Assembly (NCBI GenBank): GCA_964019335.1
Contig: OZ025753.1
Coordinates: forward strand, 225,205-289,204
Origin: Diplonema japonicum
Taxonomy: Eukaryota > Protista > Euglenozoa: Diplonemea
Length of the DNA stretch: 64,000 nt
Direction: 5' to 3'
Part shown: piece by piece, positions 1 through 10,494 of the stretch
How positions within the stretch are numbered: position 1 is the stretch's first letter
Layout: each line of letters starts with the position of its first letter
Made by a program: the position numbers and the translations under genes
The notes under the pieces: model-generated
Told to the model about the DNA's origin: nothing
What the model saw: only the letters and a program-made list of their open reading frames with translations
The model's database searches: none

Positions 1-1053
1 TTTTTTTTTCTTTTTTTTTTTTTTTTTCCCCTTTTAACAATTTATGAAAGAAGTCTGGAAGTGGGGAGCCTTTGAACACAGAGAGTCCTTTCCGGGAGAG
101 GAAAAAAAAAAGAATTTCTTTTTTTATATTTCCCTTTGAAACAAGAAAAAAGAAAAAAAAAAGAAAAAAAACAAATAATAATTGTAAAAATGAAATATTA
201 TTTTTGCCTAAAAAGAAGAAAAGAGTCGAGGTAGGCTTTTTGTTCTGCCTTGACCTTTTTTGCAGTCGGGTTAAACCCGACGTTGCACAAACAAAAGTAT
301 TTCTTTTGTGTGCGTGTGATTTCTCTTTTCTTTTTTTTTCTTTTTTCCTTTTTTTCTTTTTTTTGCGCATGCAGCAAAGAAGAGAGGCGTTGCTATCGTG
401 TAGATTTGCCACACTACGGATTTCTGTATTTTTCCAATTTTTTTTTTTTTTTACTCCTTCTCAGTCTATCATCCTTCAGTTAATCTTTTTTTCTTTTTTT
501 GCTTTTGCTTTTTTTTTCCATCTTCTACTTCCCATCCCTCTCTTTTTTTCCTTCTTTTTTTTTTATATTTTTTTTTTTTTCGTACCAAACAAAAAAAAAC
601 AAAACATGGTACCCGAAAAGAACTATCGAAAAAAAAAAGTAGCTGTCATTCCTTGGTTTTTATTTTCACGACACTCTTCACCAATTTTTTTTTTTTTATA
701 TTCAGTTTCTAATGTGTTGATGACGAAAAAAAAACGAGAAAAAAAAAATTGGGAAAGAAATGAAAAACCTCGACATATTTCAAGAAGAGTGGAAATATGA
801 TAGCTGACTCCCTTTTTTTGTTCTCCTACGACTTGATTAAGATTTTCGAGTTTTTGATTTTTGAGTCAGAAGGGGGTGGGGTACATGACAGGTGTTGTAA
901 AGAAATGAAAGATTGGGCGAAACGCTTCAAAAAAAAAAAAAAAAAAAAAAAAAAAAGGACCTTTCGTCTGTCCGCCAGCTCTTCTTTTTTTCCTTTTTTT
1001 TTTTTTTCCATGTTTACTGGTACAAAAGAAGCAAAAAGAAAAGTTTTCGGTAA

Positions 1054-1431
1054 GTTCCTGGTAATTGTGGTTTGGAGAAACACAAGCGAAAGGGAAACTC
1101 TCGTTCTAAAGCCGTACACGTGGGGAAACCTGGAAGGGGGTGGAGAGCCCACCCTACGCGTGGCGCCAGTTAGCATCGCCCTCAACGGAGAGTCCCTTAT
1201 CCCATTACATCGAACAAGGAGGTGGCTTCACCAGGTCAGAAGCAAGTAGCCTCCCCGCGGCATCGTGCCTCTCCAGTTGGTGTTTAATTGCTTCTGTGGC
1301 CAGCTTTCTTTACCTCTCCACTTTTCTACTTTCTACGGGACCACAGGGGACGTGGGAGGCTTCGGGGCGAAGTTTCACAAGGGTGGCCGCTGTGTCACAT
1401 ACTGCATGGCACCACTAAAATCGAGACAACT
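1054..1431. repeat. Dispersed repeat family A (~380 bp, SINE/retroposon-like), copy 1
   Basis: Near-identical to 49437-49854, with a partial copy at ~11790-11903. Both full copies end in ...CACCACTAAAATCGAGACAACT followed by a T-run. Confidence 0.85.
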
Positions 1432-1737
1432 CTTTTTTACAGAAGTCGTTGTTTTGGCAAACAAAAAGTCCAAAACAACAAAAAGACTTGCATTACCGCA
1501 AACCCCACCTGTGAGGGATGGCATCAGATTTCTTAAAGCATCTTATTCCATTTTTTTTATCTGTTTAGGCATCTTTTATCGGCTTTTTTTTTTTTTTTTT
1601 TCTCCCTCTGACGGTACTGTGAAAAATGAAAAGATTCTAAGAAAATAAATTTGAAAAAAAAAAAAAAAAAGACGACATTATGAAATCTTTATTCCGACAG
1701 CTTTTCGTTTTTTGTAATTTTCTTAACATGGAAATAT

Positions 1738-1890
1738 AAGAAGTACATCAGATGTGTTGTTCGCTGTTGACCTCGGTAGCACCCGAGCAGATGCTCAGGG
1801 TGATGCACGCGTACATATAACAATCGATTGAAAGAAAAAGAACGCATACCAAGGGTGATGCGACGCGGAGCGCAGAAGCTACAGCTTGTT
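1738..1890. repeat. Dispersed repeat family E, deleted copy
   Basis: Shares AAGTACATCAGATGTGTTGTTCRCTGTTG, GGTAGCACCCGAG and GCAGATGCTCAGGGTGA with 61200-61495. Other fragments at ~6121, ~10146 and ~28690. Confidence 0.7.
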
Positions 1891-2316
1891 CATGGTTCGA
1901 TGCACACTTAGCGCTACTTGGTGTTGCAAAATCCTATTTTTCTTTTCTTTTTTTTTTTTTTTTCCAATTTTTCTACATATTTCTTCTTCTTCTTTTTCTT
2001 TTTCCTCCCTCTCTTTTTTATCCCTCTCCCTCTCTCTCTCCCTTTTTTTTTTTTTTCTTCTTTTTTTTTTTTTTTTTTCGAGGGCCTGGTTGGGGTCCCA
2101 TTCAACAAATCGCAAAAAGATTTTTAAAAAGAAAAGAGAAAGAAATCGTAAACCCCCCCCCCCCCCATACGTTCACCTTTAAAAAAGAAAAAAAAAACCT
2201 CCCCTTTTTTTATTTTATTCCCCACCCCCCCGCCCATTTCTTTTTTTTCGATTGCATAAAAAACACGGGCTCTTGCAAAGTACGAAAACAGGGAAGGGGG
2301 GAAAAAAAAAAAAGGA

Positions 2317-2862
2317 ATGCCGTCTACTGTTTACGATTTTGATTTCGGCTGCGACATAAACGGCAACAAGGTAACGCGGGGAATGCTTGAAGGGAAGGTG
2401 TTGCTTATTGTGAACGTTGCCTCGCTTTGATACCTATCGAAGGCGCACTACAGCGCCTTCAGGGAGCTCACGGAGAGGTTCGGCGGCAGAGGGTTCCTCA
2501 TCGTGGCCTTCCCCAGCAGGCAGTTCGGGGGACAGGAGAACTCCGACCCCAGCAGCATACGCGACTTTGCAGCTTCTTATAAGTACGACGGCTTGATGAT
2601 GCACCTGACCAAGATCATCAGACACTACCATTGCTTCCCATGCCCCCCTTGCATATGCTGTTGTGTAAGAAACAACATACATCCTCTCTGGGCCCATTTA
2701 CAGGGCTCTCAAAGGGTCGTGTGGAATTTCGAGAAATTTTTAATTTCACGCCGGGGCACGCTTCTGACCAGAATGCTCCCCAACGAAGGTGTGCACAAAG
2801 CAGATAAATGCGCCACAAATGTCCTACTGGAAGCGATTGAAAAAGCATTAACCACTGGTTAA
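2317..2862 (+). CDS. GPX: Glutathione peroxidase, putative selenoprotein (TGA 2428-2430 read as Sec, residue 38)
   Basis: ATG 2317 reads MPSTVYDFDFGCDINGNKVTRGMLEGKVLLIVNVASL-TGA-YLSKAHY...IVAFPSRQFGGQE...VVWNFEKFLI in one frame. All three GPx signature blocks are present and the TGA is at the catalytic Cys/Sec position. Confidence 0.88.
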
Positions 2863-3485
2863 AGAAGAAAAAAAAAAAAAAAGAAATAAATAAATAAAAC
2901 AAAGTGAAGTGCCTTTTTTTAGTCCCAGTGCCTTTAAAGGAAACAACAAAGAGAATGCACCTTTTTTTTTTTTTAAAAAAAAAAAGAAGAAAAAAGAAAA
3001 AGGAAAAAAAAGAATGTGTGTTTTTTTTTTCCCTTGGCAGGGATCTCGGGGAGGGGCAGGGGGGTTTAAATTCTTTTTTTTTATATATATGAAGAATATA
3101 CACAACAACGTAAGAATCCTGACGACCCACCCCCGAGGGCATGGAAAGGTTTTAAAAAGAAAGAAAAAAGAAAACGAAAAAAGAAAAAAAAAAGCAAAGA
3201 GATTATTTAAAAGAAAGCAACGAAAAGAAATGCCACCCCCCCCCCCCCTCCCCCTTACGTCTTTGAGAGTGATGTGTCTTTCTCTTTTTACCAGTGCCTT
3301 TAAAGGAAAAACAATGAGACACCAAAAAAGGTGTTTTTCTTTTTTTAGGTCAAAGTTGTGCACACAAAGAAAAAAAAGGAGAAGATAAAAAAGAAGTTTT
3401 TTTTTTGTTTTTTTTTTTCTTATCACACAGCGACGCCTATTCACATTTCACTCAGGGAAAGATAAGGGGGGCGGGAAAGTGTGTC

Positions 3486-5585
3486 ATGAAGTGCTGCCTC
3501 TTCTCACGCGCGGTTCTCCCAACAGATGACCCAACTACTGCGTTCCGCAAGAAAGTGTTCATTTCATCCCTGCTGGCAGGCGCGGCCATCTATCTCCTTA
3601 ATATTCTATCTGGCTCAGAATCGAGCATAGTGTTTTGGCGCAGGTTGTCTTACATTGTAGTTTCGCTCGGGGTTGCATGTCAGATCATCCTCGAGAGAAG
3701 GCTGAGGTCCCTTGTGATACACACTACAACCGTCTTCTACGGCACAATGTTCCTTTTCGGTGATCTGATGGCGTTTGCTGAAGGCTACGCCAGAATGTGG
3801 CCTTTCTTCATCGTCCTCATTGATATCTGCCTTGTTACCAGGATGGGGAACCACGTCACAATGAGCTTGCTTGTCATGCTCGTTCTCTATCTTGCCGTCC
3901 TGCTCTTCGAGAACACCTACCGGTTCGGCCTTTACGATCTTTCATTTCTCGCCTCGCAAGAAGAGCGTCGCAAGGTTGTAGACTGTTCCAGCCTTCCCTG
4001 TCCGATGGAGTTGAGTACTAGCATTCAGCTGTTTTTGTCTCAGGTGTTCGTGTTCCTTCTTGACTTCTACTTCACACGCAGCTTTGCGAACGGCCTCCAT
4101 GCGGAGCACGACAAGATGAACAAGGTGATCGCGGCGACGGAGCAGATTGCGACCTCCTTCTCCCGTTTCGACCTTGAAGCGGCAGAGGCTGTCATCGACT
4201 CCGCCTCCCTCCCCCCTCCGCTGCTCCTCTCCTTCAGCAAGATCTTGGAAAACCTGAAGGGTTACCGTCCTTACCTCCCCGATGCCCTCTTCCACAGCAT
4301 GCACACCGAGGCATTGGCAAACTTCGACATCCCGGCTCCTGGTCTGAAGTCACACCGGTCTACACTCGTCTTCACCGACATCCAAGGCTCGACGGCAACA
4401 TGGGAAGCGTGCCCTGAGGGGATGAGGGATGGGCTTCAGGTCCACAACACTGCAATCCGAGGCTGCATAGTTGACCACAGCGGGTACGAGGTGAAGACGA
4501 TCGGGGATGCCTTCATGGTGGCCTTCGAGAGTGCTTCCGATGCTGTGTGGTTCGGTCTGTCTGTTCAGGAGAGGCTCGTGGGAAGCTCGTGGCCTGAGGA
4601 GCTCCTGTGTCTTGAGAGCTGTTCATGGCAGCAAGAAGGCCCCTGGTGTGGACTTCGTGTTCGTGTTGGAATACACTGCGGGGAGGTGGAGGTGCAGCTG
4701 AACAACTTGACTAATCGGTACGACTACTTCGGGAGCACTGTGAACAAGGCGGCTCGCATGGAAGGGGCTTGTGTGGGCGGGGCTGTTGCTGTCACTTCTG
4801 AGGTGTTGGAAGCAGTTGCCCCACTTGACTTAATATGCGTCATCCCAATGGGAGAGGTGGAATTAAAGGGTGTGAGTGATCTAGTGTCTCCCTTCCTCCT
4901 TCTACCTGAAAGCCTTTGTGGGAGGAAGCCCTTCATGGAACAACAGCTTCTTCTGAAGTGTGAGGACAGGAGGCTGGCAACCATGAACTTCACTGGTGCA
5001 GAGTCGCATTCAAGCCACACTAGCGAGCTCATGTCTTCTCACATGCAGCAACGCCCCTCTGCCACTGTCGGGAGGGTGGTAATTGCTTTAAAGAGCTACA
5101 TTGACGGGGTCGAGGCAACCATGAACAACGGGCTTCTTAAGGTTCTGACATGCACTGAGAGGTCACACGGTTCTGTTCTGTCGCTTCAAGGGAACAGGGT
5201 AGGGGTGTGCTGGAATGGTTTGAAGAGTTGTGCGACTCATGTTGAGAACTCGTTGGCGTTCGTGAAGATGCTCGGGAGGGCAGACCCATGCTTCCACATC
5301 GGGCTGTCCACTGGGGCCATTCTCCACGGGACTGTGGGTGCTCGGGCTCAGAAGTTCATGTCCGTCCTCGGGGCCTGTGTTGCGGTGGGCGACACGTTGT
5401 GTGACGATGCTGTTTCGGATGGTGTTCTGTGTTACTACGCGGCACGCAACGAGCCAGCTGAGATGGATGAGCTTTCCATTACAAGCAAGGGCACGGTACT
5501 GGCACCTGATGACTGTCTGATGCAGCTGCGGCGGGTGGAGTTGGTTACTGCATCACAGACCGTACTTGGTTTTGAGGAAGCTTAG
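3486..5585 (+). CDS. Multi-pass membrane class III adenylate cyclase with a degenerate second cyclase domain
   Basis: About 6 hydrophobic segments, then VFTDIQGST, GYEVKTIGDAFM, RVRVGIHCG and YDYFGSTVNKAARME (metal-binding Asp residues, ATP-specifying Lys/Asp, Asn/Arg). C-terminal FHIGLSTG..HGTVG looks like a pseudo-domain. First ATG at 3486. Confidence 0.92.
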   Translation: MKCCLFSRAVLPTDDPTTAFRKKVFISSLLAGAAIYLLNILSGSESSIVFWRRLSYIVVSLGVACQIILERRLRSLVIHTTTVFYGTMFLFGDLMAFAEGYARMWPFFIVLIDICLVTRMGNHVTMSLLVMLVLYLAVLLFENTYRFGLYDLSFLASQEERRKVVDCSSLPCPMELSTSIQLFLSQVFVFLLDFYFTRSFANGLHAEHDKMNKVIAATEQIATSFSRFDLEAAEAVIDSASLPPPLLLSFSKILENLKGYRPYLPDALFHSMHTEALANFDIPAPGLKSHRSTLVFTDIQGSTATWEACPEGMRDGLQVHNTAIRGCIVDHSGYEVKTIGDAFMVAFESASDAVWFGLSVQERLVGSSWPEELLCLESCSWQQEGPWCGLRVRVGIHCGEVEVQLNNLTNRYDYFGSTVNKAARMEGACVGGAVAVTSEVLEAVAPLDLICVIPMGEVELKGVSDLVSPFLLLPESLCGRKPFMEQQLLLKCEDRRLATMNFTGAESHSSHTSELMSSHMQQRPSATVGRVVIALKSYIDGVEATMNNGLLKVLTCTERSHGSVLSLQGNRVGVCWNGLKSCATHVENSLAFVKMLGRADPCFHIGLSTGAILHGTVGARAQKFMSVLGACVAVGDTLCDDAVSDGVLCYYAARNEPAEMDELSITSKGTVLAPDDCLMQLRRVELVTASQTVLGFEEA

Positions 5586-6384
5586 CGGTTCGGGCTGGGT
5601 TTTGGTTTTTTATTTTTTTTTAGTTTAGCCCCCCTCACAGCGCGTTGCTTATCATTCGTTTCCTATCACTGAATACTTTACGTTTTCTGTTCCCCCCTTT
5701 TTTTATTTGTTTCAAAGAAGACTAGTTGATGGCAGCGAGATGAGTTTGTGTTTATTAGGTGAAAATACCGCTCGTGCACACAAACAAATCCCCCTCCTCC
5801 CGTTCCCCATTTTTTCAAACAGGTAAACCGCGTTGTGTTTGCTTTTTTTTCAAAGAGCGTCCTCAGGTGGCTGAAAGACCTAGATTGTGCGCACAAAAAG
5901 TTTCTTATTTCAACGCACCCACGGGAGGCAGCCCCTCAGCTGGGATTGTCCTTTTTTTACTTTGAGAGGGTAATTACTAGGACGGTAAGAGTGGCATGGA
6001 GCCCCCGTCTACCCCGCTTATCGAAGAGATTGTACGGTGCAGCGATTTGCACATCTTTTCTGTGTTCCTTTTTTGTTTCTTTCTTCTATTCTATATAAAT
6101 ATAATATAATGATATAAATAAAAGTACATCAGATGTGTTGTTCGCTGTTGACCTCCTCGTCGGTAACAGTTCTTGTGCAGGGTGCCACCAACACTGGCCT
6201 CCTTTATCTCTTATATTTATTATTATTTTTTTTTTCTTTCTTTTCCCGTGTCCACAAACAATGCTAAGAACGGACTCTTTTTTTGCTTCTTTCATTTCTT
6301 TTTTTTCCTCAAAAGGGGACTCGTCTTCTTTCTGTTTTCAGTTCTACACCCCACATATATTTCTGCAGGAAGAAAAAAGGAAAG

Positions 6385-8097
6385 ATGACACAGATCAGAC
6401 CTCCCAGGAACACAAATCTACTGCGCAAAGCTGTTCCAACTGTGCCTAAGTTCAAGGTAGTGTGGGTGGCCAAGCCAGACGACGCGGATGCCTATCGTAG
6501 ATTTCTTGAGCTGAACAAAGGAAGGGACGTTGTTCGTGTCGATGGCGAAGCTGGAATGCGGGCAGAGATCGAAGGGGGCAGGGTGGGGTGGGTGGTACAA
6601 GGCGGCTCGGCTGCAAAAACCGCCGCAAAAAACAACAGATTTATACAACTGGGAAAACCAAGCGCCTCCTCCTTAAACCAGACAGAGGAGGTGTTTATGT
6701 ACATCTTTGACGACCATTCCTGCCACTTTGGGAGCCTAGCCAGCACTACATATAACAACATCCCTTCAAATGTGACTCAGATCTCACACGCTGGTACCTT
6801 GGAGCTGTCCCGTGACGCTTGCCCCAATGCCTTCCATAATGGAAGAATACACCAGTCTGATCACAAGGTGCTGCTTGACGCCATCATTGAATGCGACAGC
6901 AGCCCAAGGGGAGGAACACCGGTCATTGTCACAGTACCTTGTCAAGGCGACGAGAAGCTGACGCAGTACTTAAGGCAGCGGGTGCCTTGTCCTACTTACT
7001 ACACCTGCCACGAGGCGCTGACGCTTCTTTCTCACGGTGAGACCTCCGGCATCGTTATCACCATCCATAATTGCTATGCCAGAATCGTCCCTGTTCTGGA
7101 TGGCAGCCCTCTTGTAGACTACATCACCACCCACAACGGCTTTTGCATTCAGGTCAACGTCAAAAACACATACGTGTTGCCTGATGCGAAGATCAAGTCG
7201 CTGCTCGCTGCTGTCGAATCCCACGCTGTGCTCAACAGTACTGTCGCGCCATCCTATATCTCGGATAAGGAATTCTACAGAATCCTAGGGCACGCCGGTT
7301 TCCCTCATGAGACAGACGAGGATGCGTGGCTGGAGTGCGAAAAGGTTTTCTTCAAGGACATCGATAAGGTCTTGCGGAGACGTTACATGTGTACCTTCCG
7401 CACAACTCCTGTGAAGGCATCCCCCGTGTCGCACACTGGCATTATCGAGAAGATCCACGAATGTGTCGCAAAACTACCGAAATCAGAGCTGGGGAAGGTC
7501 TGCAAGAGGATTATTCTGGACGGACCTGGGGCAGATGTCACCGGAATGCGCGAGCGTATCGAAGAAAGCCTATTCCCTAACCCACCGGAAAAGACCGGGG
7601 CATGGACCATTGGGGAGCGGCACCCCACTGAACTCGACAGAAATCTCTCTCAGGCCCTGACGCGGCAGCATCAGGCAGGGTCAAGATTCTACCATGTAGG
7701 GGGCAGCGTGTACGACCTTGTTGGGCTCAAGAAGCTCACACCCTCTCTGAGAAACAAGAACTTGTCACGCCGAATAACACCTCCGAACCACCCCACGTTG
7801 CCCGTGTTCGCCTGTCTCCCTCACGATGTGGTTGTTAACGTGCTTTCGTACTTAGAGCCCTTGGAGCTGCACACTGATGGGCATGAGATCATGGACCCTC
7901 CACGTACCGCGAAAGGAAGCACTCTGAGCAGCATCATCCAGGCATACCTTGGGGCACGGGTAGCCGCTGAGAGAACGTCCCGAGAGGCCATAAGAGCCGC
8001 GAAGCAACATAACAGTGAACGAGGTGTCCGTGTACTTCTCGACACTCAGGCTTTCATGCAGAGCACAGCACGCGCCAGGTTGGCACACCGTGTCTGA
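6385..8097 (+). CDS. Highly divergent actin-related protein with WWE-like and F-box-like insertions
   Basis: [31 protein letters not shown] aligns to actin [68 protein letters not shown] aligns to [44 protein letters not shown] aligns to VWIGGSILA. Confidence 0.75.
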   Translation: [570 protein letters not shown]

Positions 8098-8543
8098 AAA
8101 AGAAAGGGGGTGGGAAGGCCACTCAGGTTTCTACCCGGTGGCTACTTTTTTTCTTTTGAGCGACAACACCAACGACACATCTTTTTACCATATTCCCTTG
8201 CCCCGTTCTGGTCTCCTTTTTTTTTTTTTTTAAATCTTTTTTATTTTATTTTTCGCCCTAACTGCCGTCACCTCCTTTTTTTTTTTTTTTTGTCGCATAT
8301 TTCTTTTGCTCATCGGGCGTGAGGTTCAATTGAGCTTAACACTGCCTGAACTTGGAGGTTCTTCGGCCTCCTCTTTGGTCTTTCTTTCTTTTTTCTATGA
8401 ATAGTGCCTGCATGGTATGTTCGCCTGTCACGATGAAGAATATTAGAATGCGTTGCAATTAGTCCCCCCCCCCCCCCCTCTTTTTTCATTTCTTTTTAAA
8501 GAAAAACACATATTTCTCAGGCTTGAAGACACACCACCCCACG

Positions 8544-8921
8544 ATGCCGAGCCCTGTGAACAACAAGAGGAAGCGTATTTCCGAGTGGAGCGAGGTGACC
8601 GCAGGGTCGCAGCAAACCGCAGAGGAGCTCCTGGAGGAGGCAGGGGCGTCCTCGTTCGAGAAGGGAAGTTGCTACTACCGCCTTGGGAAGAGCAAGGAGA
8701 AGATCTCCGCGACGAGGGACATGGTGTCAGTGAAGGAGGGGGATTCGGAGCCTGACATGACAAGTGCGAAGAAGATCAAGAAACTGTGCGGATGGAAGGA
8801 GGACAAGTCTATCAGCGTCACCAACCGCTCTGTCCCCGAAGGTAGGGATGTCTACATCAAGGTGACGGCCCCCAAAAAGAAGTTCAGGGTTGGCACCCGT
8901 GTCCTAATTGAGGTAGAATAG
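8544..8921 (+). CDS. Small basic hypothetical protein (125 aa)
   Basis: ATG after a pyrimidine tract/CAG, coding-like composition, NKRKR NLS-like motif. No family recognised. Confidence 0.55.
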   Translation: MPSPVNNKRKRISEWSEVTAGSQQTAEELLEEAGASSFEKGSCYYRLGKSKEKISATRDMVSVKEGDSEPDMTSAKKIKKLCGWKEDKSISVTNRSVPEGRDVYIKVTAPKKKFRVGTRVLIEVE

Positions 8922-9039
8922 TACAACAACGAAAGGAAAAAAAACAGTTGTTTTTTTTTTTGCTGAATGCGAAAAAGAAATTGGCTTTTTCTTTTTAGAA
9001 AGTGTTAGTAAAGCAGACCCCCCCCCCCCCCCTCCCCTA

Positions 9040-9334
9040 GGCATAGTGGTGAGACGACTCGCACCAAATTCTCGCACATTCTCGCATGCGAGAATGATGC
9101 GAGAATTTTTTTGGCTGAAACTTCAACAGGGAAAGCTAGGTGCCTGAGTGTCAAAATCTTCTAAGGACCTCAACAGGCAGTGCTTTGCCCCGTGGTGGGG
9201 CAAAGACGGGTGGACGAATCGTGCGAGAATCATGCGAGAATGTGCGAGAGTGTGCGAGAATGCGAGTCGTTTTGCGAGAATTTCGGCTCAGATTTTTTTT
9301 AATGCGAGAATGCGACTCGCACCACCACTATGCC
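9040..9334. mobile_element. MITE with GGCATAGTGGTG terminal inverted repeats and internal TGCGAGAA repeats
   Basis: GGCATAGTGGTG at 9040 and CACCACTATGCC ending at 9334, flanked by TA on both sides. Many TGCGAGAA/TTCTCGCA units inside. Confidence 0.8.
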
Positions 9335-9336
9335 TA

Positions 9337-9986
9337 GGGGGTCACATGGGGGTGGTAAAGTGGGTTTTTTCAAATTCGGAAATGCAGAGCACTGGAGCTG
9401 CTTAAACCATGTAAAACACCCCCTTCTCGACCAAAAAATCGATTTCCGCCCGGTACTTTTCACTTTTGGGCACCTACAAGGCATTATTTTGCATTAAAAG
9501 AGGTGACCACGACGGTTTGGTACCTGGCCTGTTGCCTCCCCTGTGGTTTCTGAATTTTCTGAATTTTCTGAAAATTTTAGAATTTGACCATGGTTGTACC
9601 ACCCTTTGAACGCGGCTCTTTAGGACGCCGCTACCATTTGAACGGCAGGGTACTGTCTTACATCGCCGATTGTGAACTTTTCTGTGTTTTGCGCGGCATT
9701 TCTGATGAATATCTATCATTTTCCCGAGGTTAGGAGTAAGTTTGTTTTTGCAAAGATTTCAGGTACCAAACCGTGGTCACTGTTTTTCAAAAATACAGAT
9801 AAAGCATTAACAAGTGCTCAGAATTGCTCTAATCTGGCGAATTTTGATTTTTTGGTTAATTTGGAGGGTATTGGGCGGTTTTTTTTACCTTAGGGAAAAA
9901 AATTTTAAAAAACCTTTTTTTTTCACGTTTAACCACGTTTTTAAGGACCATTTAAAAAAAAAAAAAAAGGACCATGTGACCCCCCC
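9337..9986. mobile_element. Second MITE with GGGGGTCACATGG terminal inverted repeats
   Basis: TA-GGGGGTCACATGG at 9335-9349 and CCATGTGACCCCCCC-TA at 9972-9988. Internal inverted repeat 9503-9526 / 9760-9780. Confidence 0.7.
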
Positions 9987-10494
9987 TATCCCCCCCCCCC
10001 CCCCTTCTGCTCGATTTAAGTTTTTGTTTTTTCCTTTTTTTTTAAATCTTGATCTTTGTCATAACAGGCAGGTTCTTCCAAACGTCAACTCTTTTTTTTT
10101 TTTTGTATTTTACCCTCTTTTTTTGGTGGACTATGGAGATTCAAAGAAGTACAACATCAAATGTGGTGTAGCACCCGAGTAGAGGAACGTATTGCAGATG
10201 ACGGGGCACTAACTGGCAAGCTAGACCTTTGGTTGGGTCTATGGTACACTTGGAGCCAACTGGTGGTCGTACTGAGCGCCGTTTGACTTGTCACCTTGAC
10301 GTTACAAGATCGAGTTTTCTTCCTTTTCATTTTCTGAAAAAGAAAAAACGCGACAACACCTTAAAGAAAAAAAACAAAAACGCAAGATATTTACCTTTTT
10401 CTTTCTTTTACTTTTTTTTTTTTTTGAAGATTTTTCTTTTATTTCTATCTTGGCAGGTACCCTTGCTCTGTCACCTGTCATGTGTGTCTCGTTA

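Noticed and set aside
72-2182. Phe/Lys-rich ORFs here and in other intergenic regions
   Set aside because: Produced by poly-T/poly-A tracts; no protein-like content.
3089-3124. ATGA..AA..TGA spacing resembling a canonical SECIS
   Set aside because: Helix II pairs poorly, so it is not supportable without a covariance search.
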